DNA of 64,000 bases. Origin: an uncultured Verrucomicrobiae bacterium (GTDB lineage Bacteria; Verrucomicrobiota; Verrucomicrobiia; Limisphaerales; Palsa-1400). The DNA lies in NCBI GenBank assembly GCA_963764165.1, contig CAVXRD010000001.1:1309959-1373958 (forward strand), written 5' to 3'. Below are positions 36,685-45,186 of this stretch, piece after piece. The notes below the pieces were generated by a model, which was not told where the DNA came from, did no database searches, and was given only the letters and a program-made list of their open reading frames with translations. The position numbers and the translations under genes were made by a program. The first letter of the stretch is position 1. Each line of letters starts with the position of its first letter.

Positions 36685-38418
36685 TCACGCCACCGGCGCG
36701 GGAGTTTCAGCGGGAGCCGGATTCTCCGCCGGAGCTTCCATCGGACCGTCAATCATATTCTCTCCCGGGGAATCGGTTGCCCCTTCGGCTGGAGTTTCCG
36801 CGGGAGCGGCTGCCTGCTCCGCAGAGGGGGCCGCGGCGGCTGCCCCGGCCGAGCTGGCGGCTTCGCCGCCGGGTGCGGGCGCGGGCTTGGCGCTGGCGGG
36901 TTTCTCCGGTTTCGGAGGCCGTGGCGCGGGCTTCTTGGCGGTTTCCAAAATCCCGTTGGCGTATTCAATGACGTGGCCTTCGTGGATCAGCCAGTGCAAA
37001 TCGCTGGCGAGGGCCGTCTGCTCGGGGGTGGCTGCGGGCTGAGCTGGCGCAACGGGCGCAGCAGGGGCGGCCGGGGCTGCGCCTTCCGCTCCTGGCGCTG
37101 TTTCAGCAGGTGCTGGGGCAGGAGCCGGAGCGGCGGCGGCCGCCGGGGCAGGCGCGGGAGCCAAAGTTTCCAACAATTTCTTGCGCGTGGCCTTCGCAGT
37201 GGAATTGATGAACTCCACGATGCGTTTGACACCTTCGGAAACCGGCGAGGCTTCCATGTCCAGATAGCGCGGCCGGGCCACCGACACGTGGGTGACCGTT
37301 TTGTTGACTTTGAAAAATTGCAGGCCAAACCCGGCGAATTGCTGGCTCAGCACGGTGGCCAGTTGCAGCGGAAAACGCCGCTGCTCTTCCCACGCGATGC
37401 GAACCGCGCGCTGCAATCCCTGCGAGCGGACCTGCTTGGCTGCGGCTCCACCCATCATGCACGTCTCGACCGGCTTGATGATATTGGGAAGGTGAACCGA
37501 GCGGAAGTGCGCGTTGACCTCGTCGCGGTTGGCCAATTTTTTCGGCTCGGGGACGTTCAGGCAATTGTATTCGGTTTTGAAGCTGTGGTCCTCAATCCAT
37601 TGCTTGACCACCGCCTCATCGCGGACGATTTTCACGCGCGCCTTGTAAACCTCGAACGGCATGTTGGAGAAGCGTTCGGAATGCAGCTTGTGCAACTGCG
37701 ATTGGTAATCGTGGTAGTTGGGAGGTCCGAGAACCTTGCCGCTCATGCCGCATTGGGCAACGAACGTGTAAGTTCCCTTGGGCGGCTCGGTGGCGGTGCG
37801 CTCCGGCTGGTAGAACATCTGGAAGTGCCGGCCCAGAACATGATTGACAGCCTCTTCCTCGCTCAGCCACAGGCTTTCGTCCACAGCGCAAAGATACATC
37901 AATTGAATGATTTTCCCCTCGGCGTCTTTCTTGACATCGAACCGGACCTGCTGCCGCTCCGGCTTCTGCAAAATAAGGCGGGCGATGTCAAAAAGCGGAT
38001 AGGCCCGGCCCGTGACGCGAATCTGCCGCGCGAGCGATTCCACGCCCTTCTCTTCCGGCAAAATCGAAACGGTTACCGGCGGCGGAAGCGGAGCTTCCTC
38101 ACGCGGCGCCGAACGATCCTGGCGCCGATCATCGGGACGGCCGCCCCGCCGGTCTCCACCGGGGCCGGCGAAGCCACCGCGTGGCTGCGGGCGTCCGCCA
38201 GCCGGACGAGGGCCGCCTTGGCCTTCGCGGCGCGGGCCGCCCTGCCCTTCGCGGCGCTGAGGACGGCGGCCGGGCCGGTCATCAAATTTTCGTTCCGACC
38301 GTTCCTCGCCCTGGAAATTGGCGTAACGGTTCGTTTGGGGCGCGTCCTGGGCCCAGGCGGGCAGGAACAGCTTTTCCAAGTCAAAATCGGGTTCAGAGGA
38401 CGTACTCATTGCTGACAT
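36685..38418 (-). CDS. conserved-looking hypothetical protein with RGG/Pro-rich N-terminus and Ala/Pro-rich C-terminus
   Basis: 577 aa. N-terminal DRPGRRPQRREGQGGPRREGQGGPRPAGGRPQPRGGFAGPGGDRRGGRPDDRR. The globular core (LFDIARLILQKPERQQVRFDVKKD...YTFVAQCGMSGKVLGPPNYHDYQSQL...) has normal composition. The overlapping + strand 595-aa ORF is Arg/Gly-rich antisense noise. Confidence 0.75.
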   Translation of the reverse strand: MSAMSTSSEPDFDLEKLFLPAWAQDAPQTNRYANFQGEERSERKFDDRPGRRPQRREGQGGPRREGQGGPRPAGGRPQPRGGFAGPGGDRRGGRPDDRRQDRSAPREEAPLPPPVTVSILPEEKGVESLARQIRVTGRAYPLFDIARLILQKPERQQVRFDVKKDAEGKIIQLMYLCAVDESLWLSEEEAVNHVLGRHFQMFYQPERTATEPPKGTYTFVAQCGMSGKVLGPPNYHDYQSQLHKLHSERFSNMPFEVYKARVKIVRDEAVVKQWIEDHSFKTEYNCLNVPEPKKLANRDEVNAHFRSVHLPNIIKPVETCMMGGAAAKQVRSQGLQRAVRIAWEEQRRFPLQLATVLSQQFAGFGLQFFKVNKTVTHVSVARPRYLDMEASPVSEGVKRIVEFINSTAKATRKKLLETLAPAPAPAAAAAPAPAPAPAETAPGAEGAAPAAPAAPVAPAQPAATPEQTALASDLHWLIHEGHVIEYANGILETAKKPAPRPPKPEKPASAKPAPAPGGEAASSAGAAAAAPSAEQAAAPAETPAEGATDSPGENMIDGPMEAPAENPAPAETPAPVA

Positions 38419-38509
38419 AGGGGCAAATGGTCATTCGTTGCATGTTTACATGAGGATGCGGCGGGAAAGGGCGGAATGCAAGCGCGGTTTGGGTGGAGAT
38501 TGTGCAACA

Positions 38510-40504
38510 TTATTCACCCTTGTAGCCCTCGGGGCCTTTCAATAGAAAAAGGCCATCGGGATCATGCTCCAATTTTTGCGCCTTGGTGGCTCGGGTGTCG
38601 GCGGCTTGCGCAAGATAAACAGGGTCGACGATGTCTTCGTGTATTTTTCCGAATTCAGCTTCCATCCCAGGAGACGGCTCGCGCCTCATCCCCCAGTACA
38701 TCCACATTTTCGCCGCCTCCAATTCGCCAAACTCGATCAGGTGCCGTCCCACCTGGATGTCAACATAGCAAAGGTTGGGGTCTAATTGCACCGCCTTCAC
38801 AAAATAGGGCGTCGCTTCATCCAGCTTGCCCATTCGATCCAGCGCCATGCCGCATCCCAGCGGGGCATACGCGTCGAAGGGATTCAACTCCATCGCCCGC
38901 AACAGCGCGTTCTTTGACTGTGTGAGGCGTTCTGTTTCATTTTGCCCTTCCGCGCCGCTCAAATCGAAAAGATAAGACGCTACTTCACGGTATGCGCTCC
39001 AGTCCATGGGTTCGGCATCCAGCGCTTTTTGGGCGTCGGCGGCAGCCAGATCGGGATGGCTGGAGTCATTGATCGATTGGTAAATCCAATAAACCTGCCT
39101 GCCCTGGCGCATTCCTTGAACCGCGAAAAATCCAATGAGCGAGAGGATTGCAGCCGGCAGGATCACTTTGCCAATTTTTCCGGGATTCATCCAGAAGCGC
39201 TCGGTGGCGAATCTCCACTGGCCCGCCAGCAACGCCATCAGCGCGATGGCGGCGGTCGCTATCCCGGGAACTTGCATGTTGAACTCCACAAAGCAATGAA
39301 TCATCAGGGACAGCAACCCGGCGGACGCGCCGAGCACGAAGGCCCGCCTGTCGCTCAGCCCCGAACTGGTATCGCGAGATGTCCGCCCCAGATCCTGCCA
39401 GACCCGGTATGCGCCCCAATACAGCAGTCCGATAAAGGCGGCGACGATAGCCATCCCGACGATCCCCCAATCGCACAGGGTATTCAGGTAGTCGTTATGG
39501 CAATAAACCGGCCGGGTTTGCACGTTGACCGTGCGCACGGTTGGGAATTTGATGTCGAAATGCCCTGGGCCAATCCCGAGCAGTTTGTGCTGGTTGAAAA
39601 GTTTGACAGCTCCAGCCCAATAAAACTCGCGGGAGTCCGTCCTCCCCTCGTAAGCCTCCATGCGGTGAAAGCGTTTTTCAATAGAGTCAAAGGAGAAATA
39701 GGCGATGATTCCGCCCGCCATCACCACCGCCAGCACACCGAGAGTTGGCTTCCAATAGTCGCGCTGCGTCAATAATACGGCGCAAAAGCCGAGCAATGCG
39801 ATGGCCGCCGCCACCATTCCCCCCCGGGAAACCGAAAACGCAATGCCAGCCAGCATCACAATCACGGCGTAGCCCAGGAAGACCTTCGTTATCACCGAGA
39901 GCCTCGACATCATCGTGTAGGCCAAAGCCAGTGGCACGGTCATCCCAAGAAACGCCGCCAGATGATTCGGGTTCATGAACGTTCCAGTTCCGCGCCCCGC
40001 GTATTGTGGCAATAATTCAACACCCCACACCTGCGGCGAATGCCTCGCCACCTGCAGAATTCCCAGCAGCGACAGAACAAATCCGAGCGAAACGAGGGCG
40101 AGGCTGACAATCGTGGCGGAATTCCGGCGATTCAGATTGTTGAGGGCGATAAAGAAAATCGCGCCGTAAACCAACACATGAATCAATGTCTGGCGCGCGG
40201 TGTACTCCACGGCCGCCGAAGGGTAGCGAAGAATGGCCAGTCCCATGAAGGCCAAAACGGGCCAGCAGACCGGCGGGCAAAGCAGCCGAAATGGCCGCTG
40301 CAACCACATTCGAACGATCCAAATGGCGAGCATCAAACTCGCGGCGATTAGAACGGCCAAAAACGATCCCCGAACGTTGCCGCCGAAATTCAGCGGGCTC
40401 CATAGCAGCACGAAAACGAAAAGGACAATGATCGCCCAAACGCAAATGACATCAATGCGCTCGCGCCGCCGGTCCCGCCCTTTCTCCTTGTTAGCTCCTT
40501 GCAC
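38510..40504 (-). CDS. O-antigen ligase (Wzy_C) family polytopic membrane protein with C-terminal TPR repeats
   Basis: 664 aa. About 10-12 hydrophobic helices, a Wzy_C-like loop (FSVSRGGMVAAAIALLGF...YWAGAVKLFNQHKLLGIGPGHF), and C-terminal TPR-like repeats (ALLRAMELNPFDAYAPLGCGMALDRMGKLDEATPYFVKAVQLDPN). Confidence 0.75.
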   Translation of the reverse strand: MQGANKEKGRDRRRERIDVICVWAIIVLFVFVLLWSPLNFGGNVRGSFLAVLIAASLMLAIWIVRMWLQRPFRLLCPPVCWPVLAFMGLAILRYPSAAVEYTARQTLIHVLVYGAIFFIALNNLNRRNSATIVSLALVSLGFVLSLLGILQVARHSPQVWGVELLPQYAGRGTGTFMNPNHLAAFLGMTVPLALAYTMMSRLSVITKVFLGYAVIVMLAGIAFSVSRGGMVAAAIALLGFCAVLLTQRDYWKPTLGVLAVVMAGGIIAYFSFDSIEKRFHRMEAYEGRTDSREFYWAGAVKLFNQHKLLGIGPGHFDIKFPTVRTVNVQTRPVYCHNDYLNTLCDWGIVGMAIVAAFIGLLYWGAYRVWQDLGRTSRDTSSGLSDRRAFVLGASAGLLSLMIHCFVEFNMQVPGIATAAIALMALLAGQWRFATERFWMNPGKIGKVILPAAILSLIGFFAVQGMRQGRQVYWIYQSINDSSHPDLAAADAQKALDAEPMDWSAYREVASYLFDLSGAEGQNETERLTQSKNALLRAMELNPFDAYAPLGCGMALDRMGKLDEATPYFVKAVQLDPNLCYVDIQVGRHLIEFGELEAAKMWMYWGMRREPSPGMEAEFGKIHEDIVDPVYLAQAADTRATKAQKLEHDPDGLFLLKGPEGYKGE

Positions 40505-40541
40505 AGCCGACTTTTAAACTGAAATGATCTTCCCTCAACTC

Positions 40542-41912
40542 TCAGCTAAGATAGTCGCGCGGATCGGTGATGTGGCCCGTTAACGCGCTCGCGGCCACGG
40601 TTGCAGGCGATGCCAGAAACACCTGGGACTCCTTGTGGCCCATGCGTCCCGGAAAATTTCGATTGGTGGCGCTGATGCATTTCAGCGGCGCGTTCATGCG
40701 GCCAAAAGTATCCACCGGCCCGCCCAGGCACGCCGCGCAGCCAGCGTTTTCGGTCATTTGCACGCCGGCGTCCACCAAAATTTGCCAGACCGTCTTTCCG
40801 TCCCAGCGCGCCGTTTGCAAGTCATGCACAATCTCCGGCGTGGCCGGAACGCCAAACGTATCAATCGTGACATGCTTGCCGCGAAGCACGCGGGCGAATT
40901 CCAAAAAGTCGCTCGTCTTGCCGCCTGTGCAGGAACCCACGTAAGCGCGATCAAGCCGGGTGCCGGTCAAGTTCCGCGCCAGGCTCCGGCGGCCTGGATC
41001 GGGATGGCAGGCGACGGTTGGCTCCAATTTCGAGAGATCCACTGTCATCTCGAAAACAAATTTCTCATCCGCATCGCGCTCGACCGGCTCGTAGGCCGCC
41101 TTCGTGCCGTTTAACTTGCACCGGGCATCGACAAACGCGCGGGTCTGGTCGTCGAATTCAAAAATGCCATTCTTGCCGCCCGCTTCAATAGCCATGTTCG
41201 CGACCGTCATGCGGTCGTCCATCGAAAGATGGCGCACGCCCTCGCCGTCGAATTGCATCGCGCGGTAAGTGGCGCCGTCGAAGCCGATTTCTCCAATGCA
41301 GTGCAATATGATATCCTTGGCCATCACGCCCGGCTGCATTTTCCCGACCAGGCGGAAGTGCATCGTTTCAGGAACTTTGAGCAGCAATTTGCCCGTGCCC
41401 ATCACGAATCCGGCGTCCGTATTGCCGATGCCCGTCGCAAATTCATTAAACGCCCCCGCCATGCATGTGTGCGAGTCCGTTCCAAACAGAATTTCGCCCG
41501 GCCGCGTATGCCCCTTCTGAGGCAACGCGGTATGGCACACACCGGCATAGTGAGAGCCATATTGGCGCGCCAGCGGCCCGCGCGAGGCATCGAACTTCCA
41601 CGAGCCATTGGCGTCATCAATGACGTCGTAGAAATAAGGCAGATTCTGCTCGCGCACGAAATCGCGCAGAACGTCGACATTCCGGTTTGATTTCGAGTCG
41701 GCGGTAAAAATGTAATGGTCGGGGATGATGACGACCTTGTTGCGATCCCAAACCTTGGCGTGGGCCCCGAACTCGCGCTTGAAGACGCCAATGGTGCCCG
41801 GCCCGCACACATCGTGCGTCATCAGGATATCCGCGCTGACCCAGACATTGTCGCCGGCCTGCACCGACTTTTTGCCTGCCGCCCGGGCCAGAATCTTTTC
41901 ACTTAGCGTCAT
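40542..41912 (-). CDS. leuC: aconitase-family dehydratase large subunit (3-isopropylmalate / homoaconitate dehydratase LeuC type)
   Basis: 456 aa. MTLSEKIL...LMTHDVCGP, FGTDSHTCMAGAFN, GSCTGG, and ATNRNFPGRMG (the Fe-S cluster and substrate motifs of the aconitase family). No small-subunit gene is adjacent. Confidence 0.8.
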   Translation of the reverse strand: MTLSEKILARAAGKKSVQAGDNVWVSADILMTHDVCGPGTIGVFKREFGAHAKVWDRNKVVIIPDHYIFTADSKSNRNVDVLRDFVREQNLPYFYDVIDDANGSWKFDASRGPLARQYGSHYAGVCHTALPQKGHTRPGEILFGTDSHTCMAGAFNEFATGIGNTDAGFVMGTGKLLLKVPETMHFRLVGKMQPGVMAKDIILHCIGEIGFDGATYRAMQFDGEGVRHLSMDDRMTVANMAIEAGGKNGIFEFDDQTRAFVDARCKLNGTKAAYEPVERDADEKFVFEMTVDLSKLEPTVACHPDPGRRSLARNLTGTRLDRAYVGSCTGGKTSDFLEFARVLRGKHVTIDTFGVPATPEIVHDLQTARWDGKTVWQILVDAGVQMTENAGCAACLGGPVDTFGRMNAPLKCISATNRNFPGRMGHKESQVFLASPATVAASALTGHITDPRDYLS

Positions 41913-42263
41913 AGGAGGGATAGATTAACCGAGCCTCACAGACACCGCAACCGCCAAACGTAACAATTCGGTTACGAGGGCGTGGGACAAACTTCTTCAT
42001 CTCCGCGTTGGCACTAAGCGCCCCGCGGCGCGGCACCTTTGTAGAAACGATCATTAAAAGATCTTTCGGCTCCGTCAGCGGCACTTTGCCGAGGACAGCC
42101 GGAAATGGGCAAGAGGATTGAACAGCAAGCTCACACGAAGAGGACGCTTCGGGAATCGTACTGGTTGGAATCGCAGCCCCCTGTCTCTTTTTGACCAACT
42201 TTGATCAGGAGGGTCTAAATCGACCATTTAGGTGGCATGTACAGTCATACCCCCCCTAAAAAG

Positions 42264-42345
42264 CCGTCACACCCGTCACAACGTTGTCCATCAACGACTT
42301 AGTCCGTCACAAAACCGTCACACGGGCCGACACAGACCCGTCACA
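42264..42345 (+). repeat. iteron-like array: five exact CCGTCACA copies plus one CCGACACA variant, all in one orientation
   Basis: Copies at 42264, 42273, 42304, 42315, (42327 variant) and 42338. The last four are spaced 11-12 bp apart, about one helical turn. It sits in the intergenic region between leuC and the PadR operon. Confidence 0.6.
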
Positions 42346-42506
42346 AACGCAGGGCAGACGCATCGTAATTCTTGTAATCTGCTTCGGATTTAAGATGCGT
42401 CTCCCCCTTGGTCACAAACGTTCTTCACAATTTAGTGGCGGATGGATATGTCTGTGTGTTCCTCTGCGCACTCATCTTCCCTGCGCGACCGTTCTCTGTC
42501 GCGAAA

Positions 42507-42720
42507 AACCAAGGGTGCAATAGGGTGAAATAGCGTGCAACGCCCCGATCACGGCTTATTTAGTTCCCGCACCCGACAGCCCGTTAAAAAACCAACTGCA
42601 TCCTGGCGCGGAAATCCGCAAAATATTAAAGAACACGCCCTGCTGGCGACAGGGAGAAGCATAAGGCCGAAAACCTCTCTGTCAATTAAGCATGTAATTG
42701 CACGCTGCTGTGGCATTATG
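42507..42720 (+). repeat. repeat family B (~215-bp gene-upstream element), intact copy
   Basis: See 32311..32808. This copy lies directly upstream of, and in the same orientation as, the PadR gene (start 42783). Confidence 0.7.
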
Positions 42721-42782
42721 GGGCGGCAACGAGTCCTTTTTTGATTTGGTTCTGGAATTTCCTTGATATACATTTCACTGCA

Positions 42783-43133
42783 ATGTATTCTCCTCTTGTG
42801 AAGTTGGAAAAGGAATTGGTGGCGGCTTCGTCGGCGCCGCTGGTGCTTTCGATCCTGGGTGAGGGCGATAGCTACGGCTATGCCATCATTCAGCGCGTCA
42901 GGACGATTTCCGATGGCAAGATCACGTGGACGGACGGAATGCTGTATCCCGTTTTGCACTGGCTGGAGGATCAAGGCCAGGTGGAAAGCCGCTGGGTTAC
43001 TGCCGAAAACGGACGGGAACGGAAATATTATGCGTTGACCGATAAAGGTCGGAAGGCGCTCCAAAAGCATCAGGAACAGTGGTCTGCCGTCAACTCGGCC
43101 TTGAATCAATTTTGGAAGCCGCGCCATGCCTGA
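42783..43133 (+). CDS. PadR family transcriptional regulator
   Basis: Start chosen at MYSPLVKLEKEL. Winged-helix PadR pattern LVLSILGEGDSYGYAIIQRV...GMLYPVLHWLEDQGQVESRW...RKYYALTDKGRKAL. Confidence 0.85.
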   Translation: MYSPLVKLEKELVAASSAPLVLSILGEGDSYGYAIIQRVRTISDGKITWTDGMLYPVLHWLEDQGQVESRWVTAENGRERKYYALTDKGRKALQKHQEQWSAVNSALNQFWKPRHA

Positions 43134-44139
43134 CATCGAGACACGGATCGCGGAGTGGCGCAGCCGGCTGATCTCGGCAGGCGTCAATACCGAGATTTGC
43201 AGGGAGCTCGAAAGCCATTTACGCGAGAAGGTGGACGAATTTCGGCGCTCGGGAGCCACGGAAACCGAGGCCTTGGAACGAGCCGCCGCGGAAGTGGGTT
43301 CGCCACCCGAGATTGCATCCGAATTCAAAAAACTCCGGCCGACCCTGTGGCTGCCTGTTAAAATCACGATGGCCATCGGGATCGCGTCGGGAATTCTGGT
43401 GGGCGCTCCGATGGCCGCCAGTCTTGATGGGGCCGAAAGCTTCCTAGCTCTGGGCCATATTTTCAACCTGACGCTCGGCTATATCGTCGCGCTTCTGGCG
43501 GGCGTGCTCGGTATTTGCTTTGTGTGCCAGAGAGTTTTTTCAAACTTCCCGCGGACGCGATTGCCCGCGTTAAGGCTTGTCACTTCGAGGTTTGTTTCCC
43601 TTGCTGCGGCGCTGACTGCTTGTGGTATTATTCTGGGCTTCGTCTTGATGCAAACGCAAGAGATGCGCGATCGAGGATGGAGACCCGCCATGCCAGGAAT
43701 GAACGCGCACGCCGTCCGGGGTCCAGTAATACGACGCGGAGGCAAGCGGATCGAAGGGGGAGTGATGCAAAGTCTTTCAATTTTTCCAATGTGGGCGGCT
43801 CGCCCGCCGGCGTGGCCGCCTTGGGTATACGAAGGAGATGTGGACTTGACGATCATGCACAACAACCGTCTCGCCACAGGATGGCTGATGAAAGGGAAGG
43901 CCGCGGCTTCGGTGTGCGTGCTGTTGTGGCTGGTTTTGGTGCTGGCCGTCCAGCGCTCCCGCAGCCTGGACGAGCGTGGAATTCAGCTCTTAAACATTCT
44001 AAGCATCGGCTTGGTTGGCCTGGCAACACTTGGGCCGTTTCTGCCGCCGATAGTGCTAAGCCTCGTCTTTTTCCTCATTGGGCTCGCTCCAGAGAGATGG
44101 TTTCGCCGGTCACTGTCATTCGCGGCGTCTCCTCAGTAG
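43126..44139 (+). CDS. membrane protein with PadR-associated N-terminal 'permease prefix'-like helix domain
   Basis: 337 aa. It overlaps the PadR stop by 8 nt. N-terminus MPDIETRIAEWRSRL...ELESHLREKVDEFRRSGATETEALERAAAEVGSPPEIASEFKK, then several TM helices. Confidence 0.65.
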   Translation: MPDIETRIAEWRSRLISAGVNTEICRELESHLREKVDEFRRSGATETEALERAAAEVGSPPEIASEFKKLRPTLWLPVKITMAIGIASGILVGAPMAASLDGAESFLALGHIFNLTLGYIVALLAGVLGICFVCQRVFSNFPRTRLPALRLVTSRFVSLAAALTACGIILGFVLMQTQEMRDRGWRPAMPGMNAHAVRGPVIRRGGKRIEGGVMQSLSIFPMWAARPPAWPPWVYEGDVDLTIMHNNRLATGWLMKGKAAASVCVLLWLVLVLAVQRSRSLDERGIQLLNILSIGLVGLATLGPFLPPIVLSLVFFLIGLAPERWFRRSLSFAASPQ

Positions 44140-45162
44140 TCATCGATGCGCGGAGCAATGCTGTTGGAGCCACACGATATCCTGATCGTTTGGCACCGAA
44201 TCGGATGTCCACGAATAATAGGTATTGGGAATCATAGGGGGTTCGGTTCGGGGATCCAGCCATCGATGAACTTCCGAGTGTCCGTCCGCAAACGAAATGC
44301 CGCTGCAGCCGTTATGATAGTTGGCCGGAATATTGGCGAATCGGGCATTGGCGTTTGTGGCCGTCATCGACACGACAAAATAGGCGTCATTAATGGAGTC
44401 CGCTCTTTCGTCGATAAACACGAACGCATTTGCCGGACCGGGATTCTGAATGCTCGAGAGCTTGCCGGGATTGTTAAAATCAGCAACCGGGGCGGTGCTA
44501 TAATCGCCGCCATTCATCCTCATGTTCATGGAAACAGAGCGGACGCGGGATTGGATGGACCCGTTGATATAGACCGTGCTGGGATCCGAAGGGCACACAT
44601 AGAGCGGCAACGATTTGGAATAGGGCCAAAGCAAGCCTTTCGGACTCATTAGATTAGTGACGCTGGTATTGTCAGAGTCGGTCGGGTTGGACCAATCCAT
44701 CCAGCCTGCCGCCCAACTGTTCGTGTTGTAGGTCAAAACGTCGTCACCCAGCGTGTTAGTGACCAGCAAATCGGCGGAATCGCCGGCGTATAACGTCCAG
44801 GCGATGCTTAATTGTTTCATGTTGGATGAGCATTTGATTCCCTTCGCCTGTTCTTTGGATTTCGCTAATGCCGGAAGCAGCAACGACGCCACGATGGCAA
44901 TGATGGCAATAACCACCAGCAATTCGATCAGGGTGAATGCTTTCGTGTCCGCAACCCTGAGCCGGATGGTTTGGGGAGCGCACGCGCCTCGCGTGCCGTG
45001 TTCCGCGCCCTCGCGGAACACATTCGATGCCTGAACCGTTCGGTTGGACGAATTTGCCAAAGGCGACTGGCGAGGCGCCAGTCGTCCACACCCGAGGGCG
45101 GGTGTGCTCCCCGTGAAATGAACCGCATCGTCCCGGCTAAGTTTTTGCCATGATGCCTTCAT
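44140..45162 (-). CDS. prepilin-type N-terminal cleavage/methylation domain protein, DUF1559 / H-X9-DG family (pseudopilin-like)
   Basis: [46 protein letters not shown]9-DG motif [17 protein letters not shown]. The 80-codon leader before the prepilin helix contains a GC-rich palindromic element (44973..45021), and no other in-frame ATG/GTG lies closer, so the start is uncertain. Confidence 0.8.
   Translation of the reverse strand: MKASWQKLSRDDAVHFTGSTPALGCGRLAPRQSPLANSSNRTVQASNVFREGAEHGTRGACAPQTIRLRVADTKAFTLIELLVVIAIIAIVASLLLPALAKSKEQAKGIKCSSNMKQLSIAWTLYAGDSADLLVTNTLGDDVLTYNTNSWAAGWMDWSNPTDSDNTSVTNLMSPKGLLWPYSKSLPLYVCPSDPSTVYINGSIQSRVRSVSMNMRMNGGDYSTAPVADFNNPGKLSSIQNPGPANAFVFIDERADSINDAYFVVSMTATNANARFANIPANYHNGCSGISFADGHSEVHRWLDPRTEPPMIPNTYYSWTSDSVPNDQDIVWLQQHCSAHR
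44973..45021. repeat. GC-rich REP-like element (GGGGAGCGCACGCGCC core plus the palindrome GTGTTCCGCG..CGCGGAACAC)
   Basis: ggggagcgcacgcgcctcgcgtgc matches ggggagcgcacgcgcccccgcgtgc at 52010..52034. It is followed by the hairpin gtgttccgcgccctcgcggaacac (44998..45021). Confidence 0.55.
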
Positions 45163-45186
45163 GATTTAGTTGTATTTTTTTTGGTA

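Noticed and set aside
36628-38415. 595-aa + strand ORF overlapping the 577-aa minus-strand gene
   Set aside because: The translation is dominated by R/G/L runs (RGRRGSQSF, GGGRRGRRG). The minus-strand frame gives a normally composed globular core, so I kept the minus-strand gene.
41913-42260. Leader, T-box or attenuator RNA upstream of the leuC-type gene, or a small structured RNA gene (6S, SRP, RNase P, tmRNA) in this 350-bp gap
   Set aside because: I could not find T-box specifier/antiterminator sequences, a Leu-rich leader peptide, or the conserved cores of the common housekeeping RNAs on either strand. ORF 41899..42198 (-) has noise-like composition.
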